47,047 bases of DNA from Nemertoderma westbladi. Taxonomy: Eukaryota; Animalia; Xenacoelomorpha. Position numbers and translations under genes: made by a program. Location of the stretch: positions 1-47,047 of the forward strand of contig JAUCBJ010007427.1 of the NCBI GenBank assembly GCA_032718475.1, given 5' to 3'. The notes beneath the pieces were generated by a model. That model did not search any database and was not told where the DNA came from. It saw only the letters and a program-made list of their open reading frames with translations. Positions 24,745 to 36,504 of this stretch are shown one piece after another; positions within the stretch are counted from its first letter, which is position 1, and each line of letters opens with the position of its first letter.

Positions 24745-26920
24745 ATACCAAATACAATATGTCTCACAATAAGTCCGCCAATAATATTTTTTCGTCTATT
24801 TGAAAGGATGCTTGAATAAGACCCATGTCAAATCGCTAGGAAAAATTGTCTAGCAACTCCTTAAACTCACTTTGGTCAGGAGAATTAACTATAGCAGTGA
24901 GTTTTTCTAATGTCTCCTCATCCCTGGGAATCTCATCCAAACTCACTGTGTAAGGTAAGCCCATAGTCATCCGAGCTACAGACTCAGTAAAAAAAATGTG
25001 GCCCTGCAGCTCCATTTAGAAGAGCAAGTGCGGTCACCTGCCCCAATATACTTAATGTCACTACAATTAATGTCACAGTGTGTGGTACACAGTGGTCACA
25101 GTGGAGGTTGATTTAGATAGAACAGGGACAGTAATTCCCATAGTGGCCCGCCGGTATCAACCGCTTCCTCACCAATGAATTTAACCAATTTAGTAATGGG
25201 TTAATGTCGCAGTGTGAGGTACGGATAGCATCCACGACCAAGTGTTGGAGGTTGATTTAGAAAGAACAGGGACAGTAATTCCCATAGTGGCCCGCCAGTA
25301 TCAACCGTTTCCTCGCCAATGAATTTAACCAATTTAGTAATATCTTCAGATTCCATAATCTCATAAACACTTTCAACCAAGTGTGAGCGTAGAACCTCGA
25401 CAAGCATGTACGATTTATTTTCTTCCTTCCACTTATCAATTGCGTGATGTAGAGTTTCCTTGAGATTATCCTTTATTTCATAAGAAAATAGGGAATTATC
25501 CAGGCCAAGATTTATATTAGTTGCGGAATCGGGAATTAGATCAGACCATGCATTGGTGTTCAAATCCTCTGATTCTGCTGGAGCTTCGTTCCAAGCTTGA
25601 TGCAGTAAATCATGTGATCCTGCTGGGGATTCGTTTTGTGGTTGTTGCTGTCGCATAAAATAATCAGATCGCAGAGAAGCCAGTTCCTCATGAGATAAAA
25701 TTTCAGAGCATACAGGATTCAAATTAGTATTGTCGTCAAGATGATTATTGTCCATTACAAAAGATTCAGCAAAATCTGCCATTTGCAAACAGTTAAAACA
25801 GAAAGGCTCGGATCTTGGTCTCGTTTTATAACATTAGGGCATGTAAGACGTCGTTCACACTCAATGGTTGGAATTACTTCAGTAGGGGGCAGGCTGACAG
25901 TCGTACCTATAACGGGCAGGCCGACTGTAGTACCTATAACGGGCAGGCCGACTGTAGTACCTATAACGGGCAGGCCGACTGTAGTACCTATAACGGGCAG
26001 GCCGACTGTAGTACCTATAACGGGCAGGCCGACTGTAGTACCTATAACGGACAGGCCGACTGTAGTACCTATAACGGGCAGGCCGACTGTAGTACCTATA
26101 ACGGGCAGGCCGACTGTAGTACCTACAACGGGCAGGCCGACTGTAGTACCTATAACGGGCAGGCCGACTGTAGTACCTATAACGGGCAGGCCGACTGTAG
26201 TACCTATAACGGGCAGGCCGACTGTAGTACCTATAACGGGCAGGCCGACTGTAGTACCTATAACGGGCAGGCCGACTGTAGTACCTATAACGGGCAGGCC
26301 GACTGTAGTACCTATAACGGGCAGGCCGACTGTAGTACCTATAACGGGCAGGCCGACTGTAGTACCTATAACGGGCAGGCCGACTGTAGTTCCTATAACG
26401 GGCAGGCCGACTGTAGTACCTATAACGGGCAGGCCGACTGTAGTACCGCTTTCAGATACCGGTATTGTATTACTGGAATCGGCCAAAGAACTTTCAGTTT
26501 CTGAATCAATCATAAATTTCCTCATGTACTGTTGTGACCATCTCCACAATCAATGTACTTGCCAAGCAATGTCACATGTGGTATCCCAACTACACAATTA
26601 ACCTCTAGATATTGGTAAAAACTAGTTGATTTTCCAATATTTTCGCCAAGAAGCCATCAACCAGACTAAAAAAGTAATCGGAAAGGTGAAATGGCCTCTT
26701 GAGTAGTTTCAGGCATTTATTTTCATCATTGGGGAACAGTTTAAGAAATACACTTTCTGTGACATCTTGAATTGGAATCTTTGTATCGATTTTTAGACTT
26801 TTTTTTTCTTCTTTCTTTCTTTTTTTTAGACTCAATTTGTAGACTTGTGTCCCTCCTAAGTTCAGCCAACAATTGCCTTTTCAAATTTTGATCATAGTCA
26901 ACCATATTTATCATAGCCAT
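24745..26920 (-). pseudogene. Decayed ORF with a G2E3-like HECT E3 ubiquitin-ligase N-lobe
   Basis: VKFIGEETVDTGGPLWELL in ORF 25201-25788 matches the HECT F-x-GE-x-x-D-x-GGP motif. My translation downstream reads LGQVTALALLNGAAGPHFF(frameshift)TESVARM...SLDEIP. Upstream pieces at 26605-26920 and 25755-26549 are on the same strand. Stops and frameshifts are present. Confidence 0.7.
25885..26447 (-). repeat. 27-bp minisatellite, ~21 copies (PVIGTTVGL on the minus strand)
   Basis: Plus-strand unit gggcaggccgactgtagtacctataac, nearly perfect. Confidence 0.95.
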
Positions 26921-28174
26921 CCATATATAATACTGTAACAGTACTTGCCGTAATTCACAGTAGGCCTAGTTGTCTACCAATTTACATTCCTAAGCAGACA
27001 AGCATTTATTTAGAAATAGACAGTTAAGCCTATTTTACCCAATAGGTGTAGGCCTATATGGGAGCCTATGAACTGAATGGTGAATATGTAAGAGTTAATA
27101 TTGAAAACTGAAATACAAAAATAGAATATAATCCAACATCACAACAAAAAAAATAAATTCGAAATTGTTTAATTTCAAACAAAAACAAATTCCAATTTGT
27201 TTCATTTCAAACAGAAATAAATTCGAATTTATTTCACATTTTTTTGGAATAAATTATACAGTTATACACACCAAAACAAAAATTAATTCGAATTTGTTTC
27301 AACTTGAAAGTAAATTATTGTTACTGTAAAATGAAAATTAATTGGTCCAAATCAGCCACCGTAGGATTGCCTTCATAAAAAAAGATGTACAGTAGACTTA
27401 GTAAGAATGAACTTTCCTTGTGATTAGCTGTGGTGAGATTTTCTATTAAATTTTTTAAATTTTACCGCCAAATAATAATATAAATTTTATTCAAAAATTA
27501 AAATATTTATGGCCTTCATCAGCGGCTAACAAGCGTTTGACACAGGTGTCCCCCTCGATATTGCACCAGTGGACCAGTTGAAGTTACACCGCAGGAATTC
27601 ATCACCCTTATTTATAGTAGTTATATTATAATGAACCGACGGTAACGTTACGCAAGGTTTCAAAATCTGTAACAATATCTGAGTTTAGTTTAAACATACA
27701 TAGGTAAGATGAGCGTTTCAAAGTTGCAATAGGGTTGGTGCGCGAAAAAATTGTTGGGCTAGAAACATTCCAATAAGGGGTAACAAGGTGCCCTGAATCG
27801 AGTGGCGGTGTGTGTTTTTTGTAAAAACAAGAGGAAATGGTCGAAATGGCGGGTTTAAATAAGTCCCGGAATTGACTGTGATTGGCTGCTACATACAGTA
27901 TTTGACGTCACTGCGCAGTGCTCAGATAATTTCTTATATTGTTTTCTATGGAGGGTCATTTTAGATCCATTAAAATACACATTTAATCTCAATAATTCCA
28001 CATGTTGCTTATATCTATTGAAAGCAGAGAGTCTTGAGCGTCTTTTGCCGCCACAATTAATTTAATTCATGGTGATTAACATTGATTAAATTAATAAATT
28101 CACAATTATAAACTCGCAGATTGCCTTACTGGTATGCAAGCACTCAACCACTTAATCATATCCACCTATTGCAT

Positions 28175-28467
28175 CGCCAGAACTACAGCAGGACGGTGGA
28201 TGCCGGAGTCAAGGTAAGAAAGACGCCTAAGCGGAATAACGTAACGTAATATAATATACGAAGCAATGGTGTAACAACAGCAGATGGTGAGTAACAGATA
28301 ATGACTGATAGGTAAGTAGCACGACTACGGTACGGATGGCTGACTGGACTGGCTGCAGTACTCAGTCATACGGTACCGGTATTGGTCAGTATATCACTGC
28401 CCCAGTTCCCAGTCAACCGTGAGGCCATGTCTGGCAGACAGACGGTATGACCTAACCGGCTGGCGCA
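28175..28467 (-). repeat. Gypsy 3' LTR (~293 bp)
   Basis: Direct repeat of 33572-33975 without the insertion found there. Confidence 0.85.
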
Positions 28468-28694
28468 ACTTCTTTCACATTTCGTCGTTGGCGAAATAGG
28501 TATTACAGTATCATCTATGGTATGAAAATCTGCTATAACGCGTAAAGTACCGTATTTGGGTATGTACAGTACAGTACAGTATTACAACAAGCGTAATAAT
28601 TACTGGTAAACGAAACAAAGAGAGAAAACAAATTGGCAGAAATAAAGACTTTTGAGGGTATTGTTATACTTAAACTAAATTGCAAAAAGGGTTG

Positions 28695-28766
28695 GGTCGA
28701 TGCAGGATTGAACGCGGGACCCTTATGAGTCTAGTCAAGCGCTCTGCCCAGCGAGCTATGGAGCGT
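28695..28766 (-). other. tRNA-like sequence (SINE head or tRNA pseudogene)
   Basis: The minus strand reads ...tagctcgctgggcagagcgcttgactagactcataagggtcccgcgttcaatcctgc..., with A- and B-box spacing but imperfect stems. Confidence 0.5.
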
Positions 28767-28947
28767 AATGACGCGTATGACAGGTCGATTATAAATTATT
28801 GCTTCAAAGAATAGTTCATAACAATCTAGAAAAAAACAAGACTAAACAGTCAAAATAATCCAACAGGAGAACCTAAGGGGGGCCCGAGGGTATAGGGCTA
28901 ACACAATAACTAAAAACTATGAAGTGTTGTAACACACAAACAGTTAG

Positions 28948-31900
28948 TTAACTGTTAATAACTGAGTAAGGCGGATAGCTTGTGGGAGCGGAAATCTGTA
29001 GTTTGTGTAAGTTCGAGGATTTGTTGAGCCATGCGTGTGGGTGATGCACGAAAAGGGGGTGCATCATGGAAACCCGTAGTATTGGGGTGGGTGGCGCTCC
29101 CTGCGGGGGCATTGTGGTATGGGATCGGGGGTGGGGGGGGGGGGGGGGGGGGGTCGTTAGCCACGGGGTTGGTAGATTGGTTCTGGGGCGGGCCCGGAAG
29201 TTGATCGGGAACAACCACAGGTGGTTGGACTTGGATGGGCGTCGCGGCTTGACTGGTGGGCGAATGGGGTTCGTCAATGGGCTCGCAATCAGTGTCTGAG
29301 TCATTGTCGTAAGATGCGGTGGGAGGTGCGCGAGATGTGGAACCGGGAAACAATCTGATTGGAGTACTCTATATGCGTGGGCGCGGAGCTGGTTGCCAGT
29401 AAACTTTCGGATGGAGCACCAGCTGCCAGCGGTAGCACTGACAATGTATCTGGGCAGCGCGCCGAACTTGGGGGAATCCGAGTAGAGGTGAACCAAGTCG
29501 CCCACATGGAGTGATGTGAACCCGGGGAGGGCTCTAGGGCTGTGTACCTTGGAGTGGGCACTGGACTCGTGGTTCGCAAGACGTTGATCATGTTTGGCGG
29601 TGATGAGATCAGAATCGGTCAACAGGATTTGATCGCCGGTGAACTGATCGCGATGGAATAGAATCTCGCGCGCTGATAAACCGAGTGTGTGAAGATGATC
29701 ATTGAGGTGGGCGACAGCAATGGCGAGGGATGTGTAGGAAAACGGACCGCCCATTGGGCGGAGTTTAAGCAACTCAGTGAGTAATTTGCCGATAGCGTGC
29801 TCGGCAATGGGATTTTTATTGACATTTTTACGGGCTCCAACTTCAAGGAGGAGATGAGCGGATTTCAGAATGGGATTGTCGATGAGGGATTGGAAGCCGG
29901 GCACAGGATCAGTGCGTATAACTGCAGGGGGGCCACTAAGGGGGCATAATCTGAATGCTAACATAATAAGGACATCACAAAGGGTGTCTTAAGGTTCATC
30001 AGTGATTATGACACCATTGGTGTAGGAGGAGACAGTCTCCCGAATGAGGAGATTACATTGACTGCTGCGGCGGAGTACATCGGTGGCGAATTACTGACCG
30101 ACAATGGGTGGGGGTTCGAGTGATGACTGGGGAATGCGGCGCCGGGGGGCAGCGGCCAGGGCGACACACTGGTGACATTGGGAGGAGACCTCGTCGTGGC
30201 CACAGTCGAGATCCAGGGCATGGAAGTACCGGGAGAAGGTTGTACGAAGTTGAAACTGGGACGGGTGATGGAGTTCAATATGCAGCGATGTGAGGAGACC
30301 AGCAACGGAAGGGCGGGGGATGACAATGACATCATACGGTGAGGTGAAGGCACGCTGGCGTTGGACAATGACGAGACCGGAAGGGGCAAGAGAACAGATG
30401 CCGAGGTATCGTTTTATGTCACAACTATGTGTGTCGCGCTTGGATGGACGAGTGCCAGAGGCGAGGTGTTCAGAGATGCGGGTGAGGTCGGCACATTCCC
30501 GTTGGGTGGCGAGCCAAGCGGGACGACTAGCATAGATGGGGCGGGGATCGGGGTAGTCGGTTGATGCAAAGCAATATGGTGAAGTTGCGAGTGGCTGGAT
30601 ATCGGGGGCAGCGGGAGGATGTGCGGCTAGACAAACCACTGGGGTGTCGGCTGTAGACGCAACAAACAAGACAAGATTGACAAGACTGCAGAGAACATGG
30701 GATGACGTTACGGCTCTGGAAGTTAGCAGGAAGGTTTATGGCTCCCTTGATGTGGGAAATGGCAACCTGGGCCTGACTGGCGCTGGAGAGAAAAGTTGAT
30801 AGACGAGGGCTCGAGGAATTGGCGCCGCGGGACAACTTCCGGTATGCTTCCACACATGGTTTACTGTCAGTAAGAACGTGGGACTGCCGGGTAGAACCGA
30901 TTAGGTAAGGGAGGAAGTGTTGAATAGACGCGGCGATGGCAAGCACTTCCAACTGGCATGGGAGCCAAGAGTGTTGGTGAGTCTTCAGTTTGGTGGAGTA
31001 CAAACTGGTGAGGAAGAGCTCCTTATTGCGCTTCGCGTATAAAACGGCGCTGAGGCCGTCGATGGAGGAGGCAGCATCAGTAAAGAGAAAGAGCTTGTCG
31101 GTTGGACGAGGGATGGATACAGAGTGACAGGACTGTATGGCGGCCTGGGAGCGACGAATGACGGAGTCCAGTTCGCGAGTCCAAACCACTGTATCACCAG
31201 GTTTGGCCTGAGGAGGGACTCGAGTGGAGCGACAAGTGCTGAACAACACAGAAGAACACGAGCGAGGATCTTGAAGGATCCCAAGTAAGAGCGGAGATCT
31301 CGGACCATTGGGGGATGGGACAGCGGGATAGTGCTGATGTAACATGGGAGGACGCAGATAAAGAACCATTGGACCACGACCAACCGAGAATGGTAGTAGT
31401 TTGAGGACAGATAACAGTTTTCTTTGTGGGTAAACGAAGGTTGGCACAATGGAGAGCATGGAGAAGCTCATTAAAATTGTTGAGGAGGTTGGGGATGATG
31501 TCTCCGCTGAAATAAATATCGTCGGCAAGTTTAACTACGGAACTTTCGAGGAGTAGATCGCCAAGGACCCGGGACATCAACTCCTCTAATGCATGCCCAT
31601 AGCACATCGGCGGTAGACACGGATGCCCTGGAAGGGCGTGGATACGACGCAGAAACGCATCGACTGGAGCTGGAGGGGAATTTAGTAGAAGGCGCTAGTG
31701 AGATCCGCCTTAATGAGGTACTTAAATCTCCCAAGGGACCGGATGGTGGACTCAATGTCAGGGAGCAGAGCGGGTTTGTGTTTTGCAGTACCGAGCGATT
31801 TCGGTAAACATGGTTACTAATCATGTACCACCGTTAGGTTTAGCAACCATGAAGCTGGGGTTGAGATATTCGACCGTAATGCCAGCGAGCTCTGGGCGGA

Positions 31901-33516
31901 TGAATACTCCAAGGCGTTCGAGAGAGTCGAATTATTCCTGGAGCTCGACAAGGCGGTCGCGGGCGTATTGGGGTACTCTTCCATTATGTTGTGGAGGAAA
32001 AGTCTGAGAGACGTTCACAATGGCTTTGAATGGTCCGGCGGAGCTGTTGTAGCTGGGATAAGCAGGATCAAATACGTAGGAAAATCTTTGAAGGACGTCG
32101 TGGAATGCCGCGCATTCTCTGTGGGAGAGGATACCGTTAGGATCGAGTTGTACAACCTGGATGTGGGGGGTTGGAGTAGTTATGGGACCGGACGTAATAG
32201 AGCGGATTTCGGGACACAGGAGGGTTGGAGTTGGTGGTTGGGGGTGTGCAATTGTAGTGGGTATGACGGAACATACGTGTGAGTTGTGCTGAATAAAGAC
32301 AGGTGTAGGGGACGAGTTGGGAATAGTGATCGAGCCGTCGATTGGGTTGAGCTGCATGGGGGGGGGGGGGGGGGGGAATCATGGTAGGGTGGTGGGCTTG
32401 GAAGGGGGGGAGCAAACGATATGGGGAGAGATGAGGAGGTCCGTGTCTTTATGTAAATGGGAAGGTAGGGACAGAGTGATTGACTCACCGGGCAAGATGA
32501 TGGAGAACTCGACTGATGCTCAAAGTACTTGCGTTGACATGCGGTGGCTTAGACGGGTATTGGGTGGATCTGCCGTCGCGAAATGACACTAAGGACTGGG
32601 GAGGACTTATGGTAATATCGTTTATAGACAGGAATGGCATACCAGCCAATAGTGGGATGCTGAGGCTGGCTACATGGAATGACAAGTTGAGGTCGTCGTA
32701 AAGAAGATCGAATGAAGCTTTGCCAATTACGTCATGCATGGGGGATCCATCTGCATTGATGGGAACTTGTCGTGAATCGCAAGTAATCGCCACACCGAGT
32801 TCGATGGTGGTATCATGTGACACTAAGTCGAATTCAGAACCGCTATCGAGGAGCACAGTGACTGGTTTGTGCTTATAGTAAGCGGTAAACGAGGGACTTG
32901 GGCGCTCGGCGACCACGTTGACCGTGGGGTCGGAGACTGGTCCAGGGGTGGGCTCATCGTTGGCGTCGGAAGGATTGTAGGATTCATAGTCATAGTCGTC
33001 ATCGACGTGGACAAGATGAGCCCGGGCAATGAAATGCTTGTCGGCTGGCGGTAGAAACGGACAGGTACTAAGGAAATGGTTGGTTGAAGCACATTTCGCC
33101 TGGATGCATAATGGGCACCGGCGGATGGAACGGGTAGGCCCGCGGATAAAGCAGTCCATCTGTTGGAAATAGCCGATGGTGGTCGTCTGGTCTGGGCACG
33201 GAAGGTCCAGCATCAACTCGAGGATGGTTACTTTCTTTACCGCGGTACGTCGTGAAGCAATAGCTACGGTATCAGAGTCGTCAGTAAATCTGCGGAGAGG
33301 TGTAGCGCGGGAGTGGTGTAACCACGTGGTACCAGGGGATGTAAGATTGGTAAACTGTGGTTGCAAAGAGAGTGAGTATGTTAAGTTGTGACACCACACT
33401 TCGAACGAGTTTATCGTCTCGCTTTTGTCGAGGGGTACGAGCTTGGGGGGCTTCAAGGTGCTGGTAAATGCCATGGTGGTGAGTCTGTAGGTAGTAGTCA
33501 AGTGGAAGGCAAACAA
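28948..33516 (-). pseudogene. Gypsy gag-pol, frameshifted
   Basis: gag ETINSFEVWCHNLTYSLSL; zinc knuckle CPLC...HFLSTC; protease LLDSGS; RT VKLADDIYF; RNase H FTDAA...WLPCQLEVLAI...LTDSKP; integrase LHIELHHP...CHQC, RTDP, NPIAEHAI. Confidence 0.9.
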
Positions 33517-33571
33517 GTGAGATATGCTGTTGAATAGGGAAGACGTCAGTCGAACACAACGACTGCCACCA

Positions 33572-33975
33572 TGACAGAACTACAGCAGGACGGTGGAGGC
33601 CGGAACCAAGGTAAGAAAGAAGCGTAAGTGGTATAACGTAACGTAATATAATATACGAATTATAGGAAGGGATCTAGGGGTCTTAAATAATTAAAGGTCT
33701 GGGGGTATAATAACAAACACCTTGAAAAATACAGCTTGCCATCACATTGTTACTATCAATAATATACGAAGCAATGGTGTAACAACAGCAGATGGTGAGT
33801 AACAGATAATCACTGATAGGTAAGTAGCACGACTATGGTACGGATGGCTGACTGGACTGGCTGCAGTACTCAGTCGTATGGTACCGGTATTGGTCAGTAT
33901 ATCACTGCCCCCGTCCCCAGTCAACCATGAGGCCATGTCTGGCAGACAGACGGTATGACCTAACCGGCTGGCACA
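33572..33975 (-). repeat. Gypsy 5' LTR with a 99-bp insertion
   Basis: TG...CA termini, adjacent to the PBS. The insertion 33660-33758 is flanked by the duplicated ataatatacgaa. Confidence 0.85.
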
Positions 33976-34177
33976 TTATGTCTTGTAGTATCGGAATATT
34001 ACTGTATAGCAGCTTTAAGTTTATTAAGTTCAAATGTGTACCGATCACCAGTAGTGTAAGAGTGGTACAGCGGTAGGTTTACTCAACTTAATGCCCTTAA
34101 GCCATAATACAACAATAGGCCTACTCTGATACTGCAATGCAATGGGTGGCTCGGGCTAAGTGGTTGAGTGCTTGCAT

Positions 34178-34820
34178 TGTAAGCGGATTCAATTCCACCG
34201 CATTACCCTCATAAAAGGGAAGTGGCATTTTCAGCAATATATTGGAGATACGAGATTAGCAGTAACTAATCTCGTGTCACAACCAATATCGGGGGGCAGT
34301 ATAAACCCCAAAGCCACACACCAAGGGAGGTTAGAAGTCAAACCACCTCGGAAGGGGAGACAGCTAGCAGGGGCCAGTATCAGGGGGGGGGGAAACACTC
34401 CCAGAGAGTGGAAAGGCGTGAAATAGGTTATTAGCCAATAGGGGCGAAGGAGAGCATCCACTAGGTAAGAGGCCACAGTAATGTAGCAGTAGAGTAATAT
34501 CGGTGTGTCGTATATTATCTACTTGCTACTGGTTTGTGAATCAGTTTACTCAGTTGTCAGTTTCAGTGCAGACGGGCGATATTGTTTCACCGTCACCGTC
34601 ACTGTCGCCATTAACAACATTGGCTTTTCGTCACTATTACCGGTTTACTCAGTTTTATATTATATCAGCCGTGCTATTAGTATTATATCAGAGCGTCGAA
34701 CAACAACATTAACTCAATTCAATTTTCTCTAACGGCCTCGGCCAAACAACCAGTGACATCCAAGCCTGCGGTGACGTGTACGAACAATCAACCCGGTCGG
34801 GATCCCTTGATCCCGTTACA
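34178..34820. mobile_element. Solo LTR (643 bp)
   Basis: TGTAAGCGG...CCCGTTACA termini and a perfect 5-bp TSD TGCAT (34173-34177 and 34821-34825). Removing it restores the right TIR of the foldback element. Confidence 0.85.
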
Positions 34821-35471
34821 TGCATACCGGTCAGGCAATTTGCGAGTTTATAATTGTGAAATGATTCATTTAATGAATGTTTGTCATCATGAATTTAATT
34901 TATTGTGGTGTCAAAAGACGCGCAAGACTCTCCGCTTTCAATTGATATAAGCCACGTGTGAAATGATTGTGATTAAATGTATATTTTAATGGATCTAAAC
35001 ACCCTCCATAGAAACCAATATAAGAAATTATCTGAGCTCTGCGTAGTGACGTCAAATACGTAGCAGCCAATCACAGCTGATTTTCAAAATTGGCTTCTCG
35101 GGTTTACTTTAACCCACCATTTCGACCGTTTCCTCTTGTTTTTTTCAAAAAACACACCCCGCCACTCGATTCAGGGAACCTTGTTTCCCCTTATTCGATT
35201 GTTTCTAGCCCAACAATTTTTTCTCGTACCAACCCTATTGGGGCTTTATAGTTGATACATATCGACAATGGTGCAGTTACCATAACAACCATAGTAAAAT
35301 TAATTAACTCGAGTTTTTTACAATGCGATTCGAAAAATGTTTTCTCTGGCCGTAAATAAATTTACGCCTAAATTTCGAACACGGTGTATTGTTTTGGTTC
35401 CTTACACATATTATTTACACTGGTCTGGTTGTGCTATTTACTCACTGTTTGTGCTTTTATAATATTATGTA

Positions 35472-36059
35472 TTACGACTTCCAGTACCTTGGATCATGGA
35501 TAGAGAGTAGCAAAAAGGACATAGAAGTTAGGAAAGCAACGGCTTGGGTAGCTCTATCAAAAATGGATACCATCTGGAAATCAGATCTCTCCAGGCACCT
35601 GAAGGTTAAGTTCTTTCGAGCCACAGTGGAAAGTATATTTTTATACGCGGGTGAGACCTGGACACTGACTAAATCACTTGAACACCGAATTGATGGTTGC
35701 TACACAACATGCACAACATGCTACACTACTAAGGGCAGCCCTAAACATCAGCTGGAGACAACACATGACAAACGCCGAGCTTTATGGCACAATACCAACT
35801 GTATCAACCACCCTCCGTGAACGCAGATTAAGATTCAGTGGGCACTGCTGCCGAAGTAAAGGCGAGGTCATACCAGATCTGCTTCTCAGGCAACCAACTC
35901 ATGGAAAGCGTAGTCGTGGACGACGGGCCATAACATATAGATCAACTCGAAAGGGATACTGAACTTGGGAGAAACGAAATTGCGACAACTATGGAGAATC
36001 GGGAAGCCTGGAAGGATCTCATTTCCACTGTCCAAGTTTGCTCAACCTAGTAGTAATAG
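35472..36059 (+). mobile_element. 5'-truncated RTE LINE, second family
   Basis: DFQYLGSWI...FFRATVESIFLYAGETWTLT...RRLRFSGHC, a tagtagtaatag tail, and a perfect 12-bp TSD taatattatgta (35460-35471 and 36060-36071). Confidence 0.9.
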
Positions 36060-36504
36060 TAATATTATGTACAGTACTACTGTATGTAGGCCTACCACCC
36101 TTCGGAGTTTGTATGAAATGAAATTAAATTAAAAAAATTAAATTGTCTGCGGATTTCGGTCCGCTGAAAGGATCCTATTACAGGTGTACCGTGTGGTGCC
36201 ACTCCATGGAGTCTATCCTGGGTCAGGGAAATCCCGTTCGATGGGTTGACATACCCGTCACTAGTCGGTTAGAAATATAGATTGATGGTTCTCTTAATGG
36301 TGTAATATTCGTTGTTATATAGATGAAATAATATAATCTCAACTTATATATTCAGTTTAATTACCATAATTATTTAAAGCCCATCACCTGCACAAACATT
36401 TATATTATTTTTTGATAGTGGCATAAGTACTAATGTAAAATATAAAATATAAAAAAGAACTAGATTGAAATCATAGCAACTAAATGAAACACAACAAGAA
36501 CAAA

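Larger units (their letters stand above)
22876..27363 (-). mobile_element. IS3EU-like DNA transposon, non-autonomous, with long TIRs
   Basis: TIRs TACGGTGGCTGATTTGGACCAATTAATTT (22876) and its reverse complement ending CCACCGTA (27363), extending ~200 bp with internal aaacaaattcgaatttg repeats. Flanks ggtttg / ggattg form a 6-bp TSD with one mismatch. TAYGG termini with 6-bp TSD match my recollection of IS3EU. Confidence 0.75.
28175..33975 (-). mobile_element. Degenerate Gypsy/Ty3 LTR retrotransposon with both LTRs
   Basis: Direct repeats at 28175-28467 and 33572-33975. PBS TGGTGGCAG (minus, 33563-33571, initiator-Met-like) and PPT-like gaaagaag next to the 3' LTR. Domain order gag-PR-RT-RH-IN. 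No clean TSD. Confidence 0.9.
27727..35240. mobile_element. Long-TIR foldback/MITE-like element expanded by nested insertions
   Basis: The left arm 27727-28174 (caatagggttggtgcgcga...) is the diverged reverse complement of 34137-34177 plus 34826-35240 (...tcgtaccaaccctattg). No TSD was recognised. Confidence 0.8.

Noticed and set aside
25741-26601. Plus-strand ORFs (ADCSTYNGQ)n and (PTVVPITGR)n resembling antifreeze or mucin proteins
   Set aside because: They are shadow frames of a 27-bp array. The flanking coding fragments of the element are on the minus strand.
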